From: Cirrosporium novae-zelandiae
Taxonomy: Eukaryota
Assembly (NCBI GenBank): GCA_026023565.1
Contig: JAPETS010000008.1
Span: 496,001 to 560,000, forward strand
Length of the DNA stretch: 64,000 nt
Direction of reading: 5' to 3'
The notes under the pieces are model-generated. The model saw only the letters and a program-made list of their open reading frames with translations, did no database searches and was not told where the DNA came from. Below are positions 12,804 to 25,230 of the stretch, piece after piece. Position 1 is the first letter of the stretch; each line of letters starts with the position of its first letter. Made by a program: the position numbers and the translations under genes.

Positions 12804-14238
12804 TTAACATTTCGATTCGGTAGCATTTCCAATATAGAACATAAGGGTTCCTTCACCTGTTTTTTTTTTCCCCAACTGTTAGCCTCTTTTTTTTTTATCG
12901 TTTGACTACTAGAAAAAGTAAAGTCTTGGACGAAAGAGAAAAAAAACATACCTAATTGATCATAACCTCCACTGGTGGTGCCATAATTCCCTCCGCCACC
13001 TTCTGCGCCGTCGCCATCCGAAACTACCAGATCGCGGTACTGCTTCGTCCAGGTGACGTTCTGTCCTTTGAGGACTCCGTAATGGTTGTATAAAAGTTCC
13101 CAGATGGGGCGAATGTCACCACGGGAGGAATTGGAGATGACGGGAAAATCTGTTTTATCGTTGCTATAGGCTGTATAAGGCACGTCATAGCCGAGATTAT
13201 ATTTAGCCGCATACTCCGCGCTAGTGATGGAGGTTACGATTAGCGACTGAACAACCACAACCACAACAACACAAAACAAAAACAGAACCAAAAAAAAACA
13301 GCTGGACCAGCGAAAAGAGAGAGAGAATAATGGGGAGGGGATCTATCTGTCTCTTACCCAGCTAGAATCTGACTGTCCTCAAGGGCGAAAAGGTCATCGC
13401 CTTGGTTATAAGCTGCGAGAGCCAATGGTCCCACCAATGCGAGATCCAGCATTGCATGACCTTGATCTCGACCAGCTTCTTGACCCTCTGCCAACCGCTG
13501 TCCATCCACGGTATAGTTCACCCAGAGGTAGTTGTTGAGTGCGCCCATGCCCGCTCCGGTTTTGAAGTAATCGATGGCTTCCTGGTACATGGTGGTGTTG
13601 TCGGACAGGATTCCAATCATCTCCATCGAGGCAATATTACAGAGATCCCAGTTCGCGAAATAATGAACTTCAACACAGCCGTTATGGTCTATTAAGAACC
13701 TGTGGTTCATGGGATAAAATACTTTAACCATCATAGAAACAAACGTGTCGAAGTCGTCGGTGGCCCAGCCATCATAGTCTCGCATGATTTCAGCGGCATT
13801 AGCAAATTCATAGCCATAAATCCCCGAAGCGAGGTACTTGTCCGAGCTCCCTGAGATTCCAGTCAATTCGGATCCCCAGGCATTGAGGACCGCGACGGCA
13901 GTGTCTGCATAGCTCGTATCTCCAGAAATCTTCCAGCGGAGTGCTAGTTGATATGCCGCTGCAATATCATTGTACAGATGCGGATAGTTCTGACTATTGG
14001 TGCCGTCGGAGCCCCGGTAGATCATAGCGGAAGGAGTGGCTGTATAGCTGGCAGAGGCATGGCCGCTAGCAGTTATTTTCTCCCATCCAGTAATCCACGG
14101 CTCCTCTTCTGCTTCGACCTTGGCGATAACGCGGGTAAAGTCGTCGGCCGTGTGGAGCATGCCCGGATGCACAAAGGCAGCATAGCTGGATGAAAACAAA
14201 CAAGAGAACCCAAGCAGGTTTTTGATGCACAGCAACAT
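12804..14238 (-). CDS. Secreted alginate-lyase-domain protein
   Basis: Signal peptide then FVHPGMLHT, D-x-AAAYQLALRW, LASGIYG, NWD, QEAGRDQGH, EYAAKYN, GGYDQLG; two introns. Confidence 0.8.
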
Positions 14239-15005
14239 TGTATGCAGTTGTATATAATTATAACAACCTGAACGGTTTTGATCTCATGGTCTAGGAAACA
14301 AACATAACCTTTCCATTTTACAACCTGCAGGTTAATATATCCACCCTAGAAGCCCCAGATTGCCTAGCTCTTCACTATGGAAATGAAATTACCTTCCTTC
14401 CGAGGAGAGACAACAACAGAGACACCATCGTGTCGCCGGCTAATGGCGTTGGCATCACTACCATAAAACATTCCGGATCGAAAGATGAACCGGATGCTTA
14501 TTAGACAGCGGAGGATCTTCAGGAGACAGGTGATAAAATTGACGGTAGCAACAACAGTGACAGTAACTGTGGGGCCTTTTTGTTTTAAAGGATACACTAA
14601 TGCGACAAGCATCTCAAACCCCCCCTTCCCTTCAAACAGGCCATTTCGGTTCGGTTTACGGATGAACCAAGTTAAATTGGGTTGAAATAAATTTTGATAA
14701 CGATTGTTTACGACCATTAGGATAAGGCACTGGATAGCTTAAATCTAAGGGTTATACTCTAACTGGGAGGTGAGAGCGAGAGTGAAGGACTTGATGGAGA
14801 CATTGGCGACGTGTGAAGACAGGGATGGAATCAGAAGGTAATTAGGTGCAGATATGATAACTTGAGGGTTAAAATCTAAGGTACAGTAGCTGCAGATATA
14901 TCTAACTATAACCAGGCACCTGGTCATGTGACTACATCGCATGACGTCGCGTGGATATTTGAGGTGTATGTGGCTCCAGTAATCCGTAACATATCTACCT
15001 CTCAT

Positions 15006-15123
15006 GACGGGTAGAAATGAAAGCGACCAGACCCAAAGATGAAACCAGAAATGTGATCCTGGGGAGGCCTTTAAACAAAATCAGCTTTCAACAACAATTC
15101 GTCTTGAAGGGTTCCCTAAAGTC
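15006..15123. mobile_element. MITE family copy (partial)
   Basis: GACGGGTAGAAATGAAAGCGAC end and GGGGAGGCCTTTAAAC core shared with 34881-35052 and 40924-41060. Confidence 0.75.
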
Positions 15124-15800
15124 TTAAAGACAAATTAATTATAATATATCTATTCCTCATACAAAATCTAAGATATCTTATCAAGACTTACTTATTACTG
15201 TATCAAGTCAATACACAAGATACTTTAGTCCTATCCTTTACTCTTTATTCAAAACTAAATAGCTTACTCCCTTAAATTTCAACTAGCTAATCAAAAGAAA
15301 AAAGAATGGAAACGGAAAAGAGGTAGAAACAAGGATATAAATTCATGATCATTCCCACAAAACGACGGCTTGCGAATACGCACGCACGATCGTCGCAGGG
15401 ATAATTAATAAAAAAGGGTAACTAAATTCCATTCTATGTGAGCTTCTTCTTTCTCGCCAGTCCAGTCAACAAAACCGGATATCTTACCAAGCGAGTACGA
15501 GAGCAGTTATTTTATATTTTTTCTGTTTATTAATTAGCAAAAGGGGACTGGGATGACTGACTACGCCTACGTACCCTCGATTCCCGACAACCTCCTATAG
15601 GTACTTAGGTACTTAGGTATCTAGGTAGTTACAGTTACTCCAGTTTACTGTAATTACCTAGTTACGAGTCCCCCAATCTTATTTTTATTTCCCCTTCCCT
15701 TTCTCCTCTCGTTTAATGTACCTTTTCGTCGTCTTCAGTCACCTTCCTTGTCTGTTGTCTATGCCTACGATGATAACGTAACTTTACACTTTTGATAAGT

Positions 15801-16023
15801 TGGAAATGAATGCGACCAACCCGAAAATAGAAAAGTAACCTTGGAGAGGCCTTCAAACGAAAAGCAATTTTTCGTTATATATATCCAAAACCTGATTTTA
15901 TTCGCTCTTTAGGTTTTGGGGGAGGCCTTTAAGCAAAAATCCGATTTGAAGGTCTCCCCAGGGTCACTTCTCTAATTCCGCATTTGGGTTCTGGTCGCTG
16001 TCATTCTGGACTAACCCGTCGGA
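15801..16023. mobile_element. MITE family copy
   Basis: GAAATGAATGCGACC...GAGGCCTTCAAAC and inverted GATTTGAAGGTCTCCCC...GGTCGC...ACCCGTC. Confidence 0.75.
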
Positions 16024-16603
16024 AGTGACTTAACCTAGAAGTTGATCCTTTACTGGGGGAGTTTGGTTTGGGTTTTCCCCAGACCCCAACCCAACACTTG
16101 AATGGAGAAAGATTTGATTTCTTGGTGAGGAGACCAAACCGGGAGTTTGGTTTGAGGAGGTTACGTTAAGCTACCTATTACCGTTACCACACCCGGCTAT
16201 TGAGAATCATGAGTCGTTGAAATGGTGGAGAGAGTATTTTTTCTTCTTCTTATACCGGTTGGTTATACCTTTTACGGTAACACACCACCATCATCTTAGT
16301 AGTTTAATATTGTTGTTGTTGTCTATATAGTTGCCTACTACATTTACATGTAGCTTAAGCGCCGTCTTTCACAATGAGGTGGGGGAGGGTGTGGTGGAAG
16401 TGATGGCCAAGGATAAAAAAATTATGGTCTTAGAAGGTAGGTAGTTCATTACTAAGAGGGTCGTTACAGGGATTTCGGTTCTGCAATATTATGCAGATGT
16501 TATGTAACCCCGGCGACTTCCTTGGTGTCATTCACACAAGCCCTATTTTTGCTCTCTCTACGATTGATCATGAATGCTTCTTTTTCTTTCGTGGCCAACA
16601 AAT

Positions 16604-17296
16604 CTAATTGATGACTTTGTCGACAAAACCCTTTTCTAACTTTGCGACCTCTGATTTGAAGCTGGCAACCTCCTTCCAGCAATCCAATGGCCGACGATCA
16701 TTAAGCCTCAGACAAGTCACCATGTCTTCTTTGGCCTTCTTGACGTTCTTGTCTAACTCTGCCACCTGTTTACGCCCTTCCAACTTTGATTTCAACAGTT
16801 CTATCTCCTTCCTGACGGTTGTGCGAGAGAGATCTTGACCATTGGATTTGGTGGCGGGCTCGGTGGATATCTTTTCAGATAGTTCCTGTAAATCCTTTGA
16901 TATCTGGCTTTGTAGGCGCTGTAGCTCCGACGAGACTCGCGATTGAATCTTCAATTCGAGGTCTTTGGCACGCGTGTTGTCGGTCTAGGTAGAAGGGAAA
17001 GATCTCAAGTTAGATGGATGCCGGCTGGAGCGGAAGAAGGTCCCTGTTATAGAAGGTGGTGCATTATGCGTACCTCCGGGTTGGCCTGCAGCTGATCAAG
17101 CAGGTCTTGCGAGAAGGAGACGGGCCCTTCGCTTTTGAGGACATTAGTGAAACGTTCAAAGGGAAAGGGCATCTTTCAATTGATTTATTTCGGGTACACG
17201 TGAGTATCAAGAAAAAAAAGGCACGAACTTGAGGGATTACCTTTGGAAGCGCAACTCGGTAGTCTGGCCGGCGGGTTTAGAGGCGCCTGCGCCCAT
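16604..17296 (-). CDS. MIC19: MICOS subunit Mic19 (DUF1690)
   Basis: MGAGASK N-myristoylation-type start at 17296, FSQDLLDQLQ, coiled coil, CLRLNDRRPLDCWKEV; two introns (the first appears to use an AAG acceptor). Confidence 0.88.
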
Positions 17297-17705
17297 TGTG
17301 ATAGATGGCTGGAATGTGGAGGGTAACAATGGGACAGTGTATGCAATGTCTGTGTGTGTGTGACGAATGTAACGAATGTTACGTTGTAGTTAGAACTGGA
17401 GGAGGAGGGTTGGGGGGATAATCCGAACTGAAGCCGAAAGAGTGGAGGGTTCAAGAGCTACAGTGACAAAAGTTTGGAGAGTTGACGGTAATGGTTTTAA
17501 TGGTTTGGGGCAATTCTGGCAATGTTCGGGGCGAATTCCGTGGGATTTGGACTTTTCTGGGTAGGACACTATGGCAGACTTTGGGGCGGCCATTAACGGA
17601 CTTGGCCCAGTGTGGATCTCCACGTGACAGATTTCACCAGAAGATAAGCGGAGGAAAACGGAGTCCCCAGGGTCCCCAAGGTCTCCAGTGTCTTGTCTCC
17701 AGTTG

Positions 17706-17745
17706 TTTCCCAGCTATTCCCAGCTATTCCCAGCTTTTCCCAGCA
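17706..17745. repeat. Short tandem repeat (TTCCCAGCTA)x~4
   Basis: ttcccagcta ttcccagcta ttcccagctt ttcccagcat seen directly. Confidence 0.8.
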
Positions 17746-19081
17746 TTAGAGTGTTAGGGTACATGATCTAACAATTTAATAATCGATTGAGGAATCCAGT
17801 GGAGCAAGCATGGGAATTTCCCTGGGCACGCCTAGTGAGGTATCGGAAGATGGAGATGGAGATGGAGTGGAAAAGGTGGGAAGGTTGAAAGGTGATATTG
17901 TGGGCTGGGGAACCAGAATGAAGATGATGACTGGTTTAAATCCTTCAAACTTTTAGAACATGACCCAAAATGTCCCCAAAGGTGACGACGGTGATCTGAT
18001 TTTATGTAAAGTGGTATCCAAACCATTCAAACCACCCCCCAAGTAGACTCCATCTTCATCTAAATGTCGTATCAGGAATGCTTAGGTATGTCGTATTATC
18101 TTGTTGTACAAAAGCTTCGTTATCACCCTTTGAACTCTTGAGAAATTATCTATTTGATTGATTTTTGATTTATTTATTTACAAGTTCCCTCTTCTTGTAT
18201 CTCTTGTATCCCCTCCATCCCCTGTTCCATAAGATCACCATCAAGGTCCAAGGAAGGACAAGCGAAAGAAATATAGAACCGATCCAACCAGACATTGTGT
18301 CTCGTACCAATTACCAACCTCAACACAAAACCCCCGGTTGCCCCGCTTAAACAATTTCAAGCCACAGACGTTTGGAGAGTAACAAAAGGCAATTTGACAG
18401 CCAGAAACTAATCCATTGATTGGCCTTATCTACCAGACCAACACCACCCACGACGCAGTACAAGTACACACGCCAAGGTAAATTCTGTCCGACTTCCCAT
18501 AATTAATTCCCCCATTGTTACCTTCAAAAGTAACTACCTGGTACCTCGTATCTCTTTTTTTAAATGCCCCTCTTCTGTTCACTCGTGTCGTGCGCCTCTT
18601 TGCTCGTCTCAGCTTTTCAGCTGTTCAGCTGTAGTAAATGCCACCCCCACCACCTAATTCCACGAACGCACAATCACCATCCTCCGCTCCTCCAACCCTG
18701 AAACAACGCCGTAGGCTGACATTGAAGAATATCTACAGTGGTTGTAAGAATCTGGCAACGTCAGCAATCCACCTACCACATCCTTTCGAGTCTTCCAATC
18801 CTCAGAAACCCCATTTCTCCTCCGATCCAGGGAACAGATTAATCTTCGGCAATCATCGCTCATCGAAGAAATTCAATCTACACCTACCTCTCTTAGCCTT
18901 CGTAGCCTTCCTCATTGCTCTTCACTTCCTACTTCCAGATCGCAATTCAATCCTCAGTTTTTCCTCGCCATTTTCTACAAATAATCGACCGTCATCTAAC
19001 ATACTCTCGCACCACTTGCAGTGTCCCGTTGAAGAATCATTCACATTTACAAACGAGCTACCAATATCTAAACCTCATAAA

Positions 19082-20674
19082 ATGGCATTACTAGATGCGG
19101 CCAAGAAAGTGGCCAAGGAGTTTGAGTACACAAAGGAGAATGTCAACCTAGGAGTGAAGGAATTCTTGAGGGAGATGGACGAGGGTCTGCAGGCCACAGG
19201 CACAGATCTCAGTCAGATACCCACATATGTCACCTCCGTACCAACCGGAACAGAAAAGGTCCGCCTTTTTTTTTTGAGTTCTACTTATTATAGGAAGAAA
19301 TTTGTGATTGACTGTCTTTAGGGTCTCTACCTCGCCGTTGATCTCGGCGGGACCAACTTCCGTGTCTGTTCTATCGAGCTCAACGGAGACTCAACATTCC
19401 ACTTAACTCAATCAAAGATTGCTGTACCTAAGGAACTCCAGAATGCAAAGACCGCCCCTGAGCTTTTCGCTTTTCTTGCCAAGCAAATAGAGGTATTCCT
19501 TCATAAGCATCATAGTGAGCGATTTCAGACGTCACTTCGGAGACGGAATACCATCAGCACCGACTCCGGCTTTAGAGACGAGGATGTTTTCCAGCTAGGT
19601 TTCACATTCAGTTTCCCCGTTGAACAAAATGGTATCAACAAAGGTAAATTGATCCGTTGGACCAAGGGGTTCAACATCGAAGACGCTATTGGTAAGGATG
19701 TCTGTGCCTTGCTCCAATTCGAGATTGATGCATTAAATCTTCCCGTCAAAGTCGCAGCCTTGGTCAATGACACGGTTGGTACCTTAATGGCGAGGTCATA
19801 CACTTCTCCTGGAAAAACAGGAACGCTCATTGGCGCTATCTTTGGAACAGGAACCAACGGCGCTTACGTTGAGAAGTTGCAGAAAGTTACCAAGCTTTTC
19901 AAGGCAGACGGTGAAGTTGTCTTTGACAAGACTGCGGAAAACATGGTTGTTAACAGCGAATGGGGCTCGTTTGACAATCATCTGCGAGTGCTTCCACAAA
20001 CCAAATATGACAAGGAATTAGATGATAAGAGCATCAACCCAGGAATCCAGATGTTTGAAAAACTAGTTTCAGGCATGTTTCTTGGAGAAATCCTACGTCT
20101 GGCATTGGTTGATCTGGTAAAGGATTCTAGTGTTGGTCTGTTCTCAGATGAAAATTCAGGCATGAACGACGTTCATTCCACTACTACAATTGATGAAGAC
20201 TCCGCCTTGTTCAAACAATGGGGTCTTGACACTAGCTTTATGAGTACTGTGGAGAATGATTCGACAGAGAGTCTCAAGGCCGTGAGACAAGCCCTTGCCA
20301 AAGACCTTGGCATCAACGCAGCCAGTCATGAAGATGCTGAAGCAGTCAAAATTTTGGTACATGCAATTGGAGAGCGCGCAGCCAGATTGAGTGCAGTTCC
20401 TCTCGGAGCAATGATTCACTCAACAGGTGCTCTGAAAGATGAGGTTGTAGATATTGGTGTTGACGGTAGTTTGGTTGAGTTCTATCCTAATTTTGAAGAG
20501 ATGATCCGAAGTGGCCTTCGAGATATCACAGAAATTGGCGCTAAAGGCGAGAAAAAGATTAGAATAGGTATTGCAAAAGATGGAAGCGGTGTTGGCGCAG
20601 CTTTGATAGCATTGGTTGCAGGGTCCATGCAAGGCGCCCCGAAAACAAACGGAATGAATGCTATATCGGAGTGA
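19082..20674 (+). CDS. GLK1: Glucokinase (hexokinase family)
   Basis: LAVDLGGTNFRV, LGFTFSFP, WTKGF, VNDTVGT, IFGTGTNGAY, NSEWGSFD, DGSGVGAAL; intron 19259-19321. Confidence 0.95.
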
Positions 20675-20759
20675 TTAAGCGTTTGATTAACTGAGAAGTT
20701 ATACTCACATGTACTTCTAATACCTCTAAATGTCACGATGTTCATGTTTCCCCTCAAGT

Positions 20760-21449
20760 TTAGCTTCTCATTTTCCTATCATCATTACTGCCATTCGCTA
20801 AACGGAGGTAGTCTCCGACGCCTATCCTCCTTCTCACGACTTTTGCACCATCCGGCTTTAGTTTTCTGTAGTATCCCTCCACAACCTGCTTATCGACTGT
20901 AAATCCACGGTTTTGATACCATTCTAATGCTTCATCATTTTCTTCCCAAACATGTGCATAAACCGATGTTGCAGAGTACCGTGTGATCGCAGACTCGATC
21001 AGGGATTGCAGGAGAGCGGCAGCAATCCCCAAACGTCGATAGGGCGAAAGTAAGCATAGCGTCTGAATGTAGATTTCCTTTTTTCCGTCCTCCTTTTTTT
21101 CTTCCAGACGGGCACGAATTCCACCAATCACCTGGCCTTCGGCTTGGGCGGAAGATGCAACATGCCAAACCGCAACTCTGGTTAACGAGGCGATTGTGGG
21201 GTCCGATGTAATCTCACCGAAGAATTTATCTGAGTAGCGAACCTGGAGAAGAGTTCCTATCACGCGTCGTAGAGAGGAGACATGACGACTTTCGCACGGG
21301 ACTATCGAGACATTCGGAGGAAGTGACGGAGAGGGAAAAACAGCGAACACCTTGTTTGTCTCGGTTGAAGGCTTGTCTTGCGGACCTGTGGCTGTGTTTC
21401 TGACATTGGGCGATTCAACATTCTCCAAGAAAGGATTTTTGGAAGGCAT
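20760..21449 (-). CDS. GNAT acetyltransferase (Naa50/Nat5-like)
   Basis: YIQTLCLLSPYRRLGIA acetyl-CoA motif, AHVWEENDEALEWYQNRGF, YYRKL; start may instead be 21527. Confidence 0.85.
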   Translation of the reverse strand: MPSKNPFLENVESPNVRNTATGPQDKPSTETNKVFAVFPSPSLPPNVSIVPCESRHVSSLRRVIGTLLQVRYSDKFFGEITSDPTIASLTRVAVWHVASSAQAEGQVIGGIRARLEEKKEDGKKEIYIQTLCLLSPYRRLGIAAALLQSLIESAITRYSATSVYAHVWEENDEALEWYQNRGFTVDKQVVEGYYRKLKPDGAKVVRRRIGVGDYLRLANGSNDDRKMRS

Positions 21450-21574
21450 TCTGCCGAGGGGAGTTAGGGCTTTAAATATCCAAAAGCCTAGGAAGAAAGT
21501 ATCAATTCCCGGAAGGATGTTCAGCATAAATACAACGGTTAAGTAAATATTGAGGCTAAATTAATTGTTATTCT

Positions 21575-22460
21575 GCCTTCACATGCGGTCGTGGTGAGAT
21601 GTTGAGTTGAGTTCAGGATTCAGGAACATCAACACGGGTAACCCGCTGAAGCTCACCTTGGTTGTCAACCGCCATTTAATTAAATGGCAAAATATGCTGA
21701 CGTGAGAAGCAGTATGGGTAGCATGTATTACTATTTTTTTTTCTTATTCGAGTGATTCCAATGTAAACAATGTAGCACAGTCGTCGGTTTAGGATGCGAA
21801 TCCCTGTCACTTCTGTTAAATAGATCTGCGGAGATTAGATAAGATCTAAGCCACATCTAGGTGCTGGGAGCTCGGTCCTGAACCTATTCGGAGAGAGATA
21901 CTCTTGGAACCTCGACTGGCCTTTTTTGTTGCGGTGGTTTTGTCGAAATCATCCTTTTTGTCTTTGTTGTTCTTGGGAGATGCCTCCCAGGGGATACGTT
22001 GCAAAAAAACTGTGGAGGTTAGAGGACTAGAAAGAATAATCCATCGCCCCTCCTTGATCGCTCCTTTGCCTTGAACCGGTAGTGCACGACAGCACAGAAA
22101 CCAGCCCTGAGGGCTTGACACGAACACGAACACTCTCGCCGGTGAAGCTGGATGGTGAAATATAAGTTTTGAGTTTGGAGAAATACAATATAATACCTAG
22201 ATGTGTTGAAGGAGGAGGTCATACACTGCAGACTGCATCCGTCGCGGTGCCTGAGTCTTAGAGATTGCTCGTGATATTGGCTCTATCAAAACCTCCGAAA
22301 AACTAGCTACGGTCTCTATACGGCGAGATAGAACATTTGGTAGATTAGGGTTATTGAGGACTCAACCGTGTATTGTTGGAGTACTGAGGTATTGACACTC
22401 TTCCCTCGGCCATGGCGAGATATCCCAACCCCCGCCAAACCTCATCTTGCCTTTTCATCT
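21575..22460 (-). ncRNA. Candidate telomerase RNA (TER); boundaries approximate
   Basis: Template 5'-TAACCCTAA-3' at 22353-22345 in an intergenic region with no credible CDS; adjacent 5' hairpin; nested long-range pairings with G-U pairs that favour the minus strand. Confidence 0.65.
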
Positions 22461-22605
22461 CGCTCTCCTTTTTCCTTCCCGATCAATATCTCTTTTCTTT
22501 TGAGAGGCAGCATTAGCTGTTATTGCATCTGCTTGCCGGATGACCTCTTGATTTCCCTTTTCAGTCATTAAACCTCACCTCTACTACCGTATTTGGATAT
22601 TCATC

Positions 22606-23945
22606 ATGTCTGACCTAGATCAATTTGATTCAGATACCGATTCGATTTCGAGCTTTGGTTCGGATTCAGAAGATATTGAGACGTACGAGAAGATTATGGG
22701 GCCCAATGGAAAGCCAGTGGACCAAGGAACCTTGGCTAGTTTGGTGAGTTGCGTTCAATGAACTCAAGCTGGGTTTGAAGTCTGCTGCTAACCTAGGCTT
22801 AGGCTGATGATATTTTCAACGACTGCCTGTATAATATCATTCATGATATCGTAACAGATGTTCATCGGGAGGAGAAAACCCTCCGAATGGAGTCTGCGGT
22901 GGTGATGGCCGAGAAGGCAGCTGAGGATGCGACGAAAGCCGAACAACTTCAGGAGTCTCCGAAAGGAAAGGATAGCAAGCCAGAGCCATTATCTGTAAAA
23001 GTTGATACTGAAGGTGCAGTGTACGACCATGGACAAGTCCGCTTGAAGGGAAATCCTCTTATGACGACCAAAGATATTTTCTGCATTGACTGCAAGAAGC
23101 CTCGTCTCTTACATCCAACTATAGGTATTGGCAGCGAAATACCGCCAAATACTATTTCATCATACTGTAACACACACCCCATCGTCTCCCAACCCGGCCT
23201 AGACGTCCATGGTCATCTGTTTGCATCTGACAAACTAAATAATAAGAAAAGAAAAGTCGGCCACGAGGCCGAAACACCGCAATCCTCCTCCACCGTCAGC
23301 TCGCCTCCAAATTCCCAATCCAACAACCTGAATTCTCTATCGGCTCTAGCACCTGTCACCTATCCGATGGTTCGTTGTCCTCATATCTGCGGCCGCTACT
23401 TCGAGGTTCGTCGACTGGCTCAACATCTCGATAAATGCTGGGGTGCAGGTGGCCGAAACGCGAGCCGCAATGCTATGAACAAGATGAGCAACACCCCTGG
23501 ACAAGGTAGTCGTGCAGGGACACCGAAGCCATCACAGACTACGACGGGTAAGAGAGCCAGAGAAGACGGAAATAGCGGGCCAGCCAAGACAAAGAAAGCA
23601 AAGCTCGCCAACGGATACTCCGAGGAAGGAACTCCAAGATCCTCGAGTCATAAAAACCACAAGCTCAAACCACCCACCAACATCGACGAGGACAGAATCA
23701 GGCACGAGAACGGAGTCAAAGATGACGACAAGAGCGGAGAAGACAGCATCAAAGTTCAGCATAAACGTGTACAGGAGATTAGTAATACCAACGGACGAAG
23801 CTCGAAGAGTCCATCTCCACATAACGGGACATCCAAGAAAGCATCATCACAGATAGCGAGGAAGAAACCTTCGACAAACAGCAAAGGCTCTACGGGGAAG
23901 AAACCTCCTACTGTCAAAATTCCTAACAGAGACAGCGCTACCTAG
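22606..23945 (+). CDS. SGF11: SAGA deubiquitination module subunit Sgf11
   Basis: DCLYNIIHDIV..HREEK N-terminal helix; zinc finger CPHICGRYFEVRRLAQHLDKC; intron 22744-22802. Confidence 0.82.
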
Positions 23946-24299
23946 GCTCTCTCTCCTCAGTCTCAGACAGCAGTACTACAAGCGGACACCACTAGAAGCT
24001 TCTTCCTTACCCTCCAGCGTGTGCAAGCAAGTGTGTAGAGCGGGAACAAATCGGTCAGGTCAGGTTAGGACAAGGGATATTCTATCTATTATTGGTCGGT
24101 GGGCGGGTTATACCCTAACTTTTTATTCTCGATTGAAAAGAGTAAAAATGGTGTTTTAGCATAGGCATATCGGCGTCTAAGGGGGATACATATTTTCATC
24201 TGTTTTTATAGTACAAAGGTGTTTGAAGGACACGGCGACGATGTAACCATCGATTCAACCACCCATCATTCCATCATTTCATGGAAAAGGGAAGGCATC

Positions 24300-24580
24300 C
24301 TAGGAACCTTTTTTTTTCTTCCCTTTTCTATTCCTTTTCCTTCACTTCAAGCTGTAGAGGGCGAGAAGGACAGAAAGGTCTTTTATGTATTTTACCCTTT
24401 TTTTTTTTTTACTTTCATCACATACATTCTTCCTTTACTTAAGTGTATAGCCAAATGAAACCCAAATATCGTTCAATAGAAAATTGGCTCTGACTCTTGT
24501 TTGTTATTGGTGTATACTCGATAGCCAAAGGGCTCCCCAGGTAAGGATCTGCCATTATCAATTCTATACCCAGCTCAGGC
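24300..24580 (+). repeat. Direct duplication, copy 1 (partner 27481-27680)
   Basis: TTCAAGCTGTAGAGGGCG...GTATACTCGATAGCYAAAGGGCTCCCYAGGTAAGGATCTG...ATTCTATACCCAGCT present in both. Confidence 0.85.
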
Positions 24581-25094
24581 GCACTACAGGCTCCATTGAT
24601 GGGTAGAATGTGCCTTGTATGAACTATAGAGTCGCAGTAAGTACAAGACTGAAAGCTAGTGTAGTAGAGCATATGCGGATGTCCGGTGTAGGGAATCAAT
24701 AAACAAATATAATTAGAGAAGGAGATAGTCGAGACGAAAGTAGATTTTTGGTTGGGATATTCCATTTATTGATTTTCTAAGCAAAGACCTAGCTATTGAT
24801 AAATGAAAAAAACCAGTATGGAAGATGATGACTCTCTCGAGCCAGGGGTAGCTACTGTATACTTATTAAATAGGGGTTCTTGAACCACGGGCCATGTAAC
24901 GATTGTACAGTACAGTGTTAGGGAGACGAGGGAAGATGGGTAAATCCTTTTCAAGTGGTGGTCTACTTTCTCGTCTTTGTGTCGAGCTCTCGCGCGCAAA
25001 CTGTCTTAAGCCAACATGAAAAGTTCATTCAATCTACCGACAATGAAGTCGTCGGAGTTGCATAATATCTGCAATTGCAGAGGCGAAGACCCTG

Positions 25095-25230
25095 TATATT
25101 TCCTAGTAAGAGTCCTAAGGGGATTCGAGAAGGTGGGATTAGCAGCGGGAGAAAGTAAAGAAATTACGTTACAGTTGACCAGAAAGGATCTGAATTATTG
25201 GAGTGTAAGTTATGGATTGGATTATGCCTC
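25095..25230 (+). pseudogene. Inverted fragment of the 3' end of the GH3 beta-glucosidase gene
   Basis: VRVLRGFEKVGLAAGESKEITLQLTRKDLNYWSV is near-identical to the C-terminus of the 31524-34585 gene; frameshifted, with no upstream coding sequence. Confidence 0.9.

Noticed and set aside
21846..22222. Short ORFs in the GNAT-SGF11 spacer
   Set aside because: No coding features; better explained by a structured ncRNA
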